This document shows positions 63,791 through 64,000 of a stretch of DNA of 64,000 nucleotides, piece by piece; positions within the stretch are counted from its first letter, which is position 1; every line of letters starts with the position of its first letter. The notes beneath the pieces are model-generated. The model was not told where the DNA came from, ran no database searches, and saw only the letters and a list, made by a program, of their open reading frames with translations. The stretch comes from Candidatus Aldehydirespiratoraceae bacterium. Lineage in GTDB: Bacteria; Actinomycetota; Acidimicrobiia; Acidimicrobiales; Aldehydirespiratoraceae. The position numbers were made by a program, and so were the translations under genes. The DNA lies in the NCBI GenBank assembly GCA_965198365.1, contig OZ240617.1, forward strand, positions 83,752 to 147,751, given 5' to 3'.

Positions 63791-64000
63791 GTGCAGCAAT
63801 ACGGCGAATGGCAAGGAACCATCGGCAAGACCCTCGCCGAATCCCAACCGTGGTTCCCCGAACCGCCCCACCCCGGCGAAGACGCCCCCAACGTCGTCAT
63901 CGTGTTGCTCGACGACCTCGGCTTCGCACAACTCGGCTGCTACGGATCCGACATCGACACCCCCAACATCGACGCACTCGCCGCCAACGGCCTCCGCTAC
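63791..64000 (+). CDS. Arylsulfatase, N-terminal part (runs off the window)
   Basis: Hand translation MQQYGEWQGTIG...PNVVIVLLDDLGFAQLGCYGSDIDTPNIDALAANGLRY; AGGAG RBS. Confidence 0.88.
   Translation, partial: MQQYGEWQGTIGKTLAESQPWFPEPPHPGEDAPNVVIVLLDDLGFAQLGCYGSDIDTPNIDALAANGLRY

Noticed and set aside
1-64000. tRNA, rRNA, IS transposase or prophage genes
   Set aside because: No T-loop/acceptor-stem pattern, rRNA-like tract, DDE/HUH transposase, integrase or virion gene was recognised by eye.

Overview
High-GC bacterial window, most likely from an acidimicrobial actinobacterium of the marine or sponge-associated type. That taxon is inferred from gene content (F420-dependent LLM enzyme, SLH-FN3 and SLH-RCC1 surface proteins) and was not tested. 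Four parts. (1) 0.5-23.9 kb: a large methylated-amine/C1 cluster with gmaS-mgsABC, an unknown 151-aa protein plus a lone sarcosine-oxidase-beta-like flavoprotein, a GFA-family protein, tmm with a second flavoprotein, tdm, an Amt channel followed by three tiny membrane proteins (two missing from the ORF track), serine-cycle genes (sga, mcl, mtkAB) and a DmdA-like demethylase. It is interrupted by an Abi/HEPN gene preceded by an RNA hairpin, and by an ABC-2 exporter. (2) 23.9-29.9 kb: yaaA, a Schlafen/AlbA_2-ATPase-HTH gene bracketed by 85-bp AT-rich direct repeats, a GT39-like glycosyltransferase and a DNA methyltransferase fused to a nuclease-like domain. (3) 29.9-60.1 kb: one frameshifted SLH-RCC1 gene and four paralogous SLH-8xFN3 surface-protein genes. 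They surround a recombinogenic mosaic (36.7-52.5 kb) in which a conserved leader is repeated five times in front of head-neck-stalk-anchor coiled-coil genes whose stalks vary by whole heptads, mixed with shuffled duplicated fragments of defence/TA-type genes. (4) 60.5-64 kb: an Fe-type SOD with two large Gly/Ala repeat insertions, two repeat coiled-coil membrane proteins, an LLM F420 oxidoreductase and the start of a sulfatase. I found no CRISPR array, tRNA/rRNA, integrase, transposase or reverse transcriptase. All family calls come from motif recognition by eye, with no database searches.
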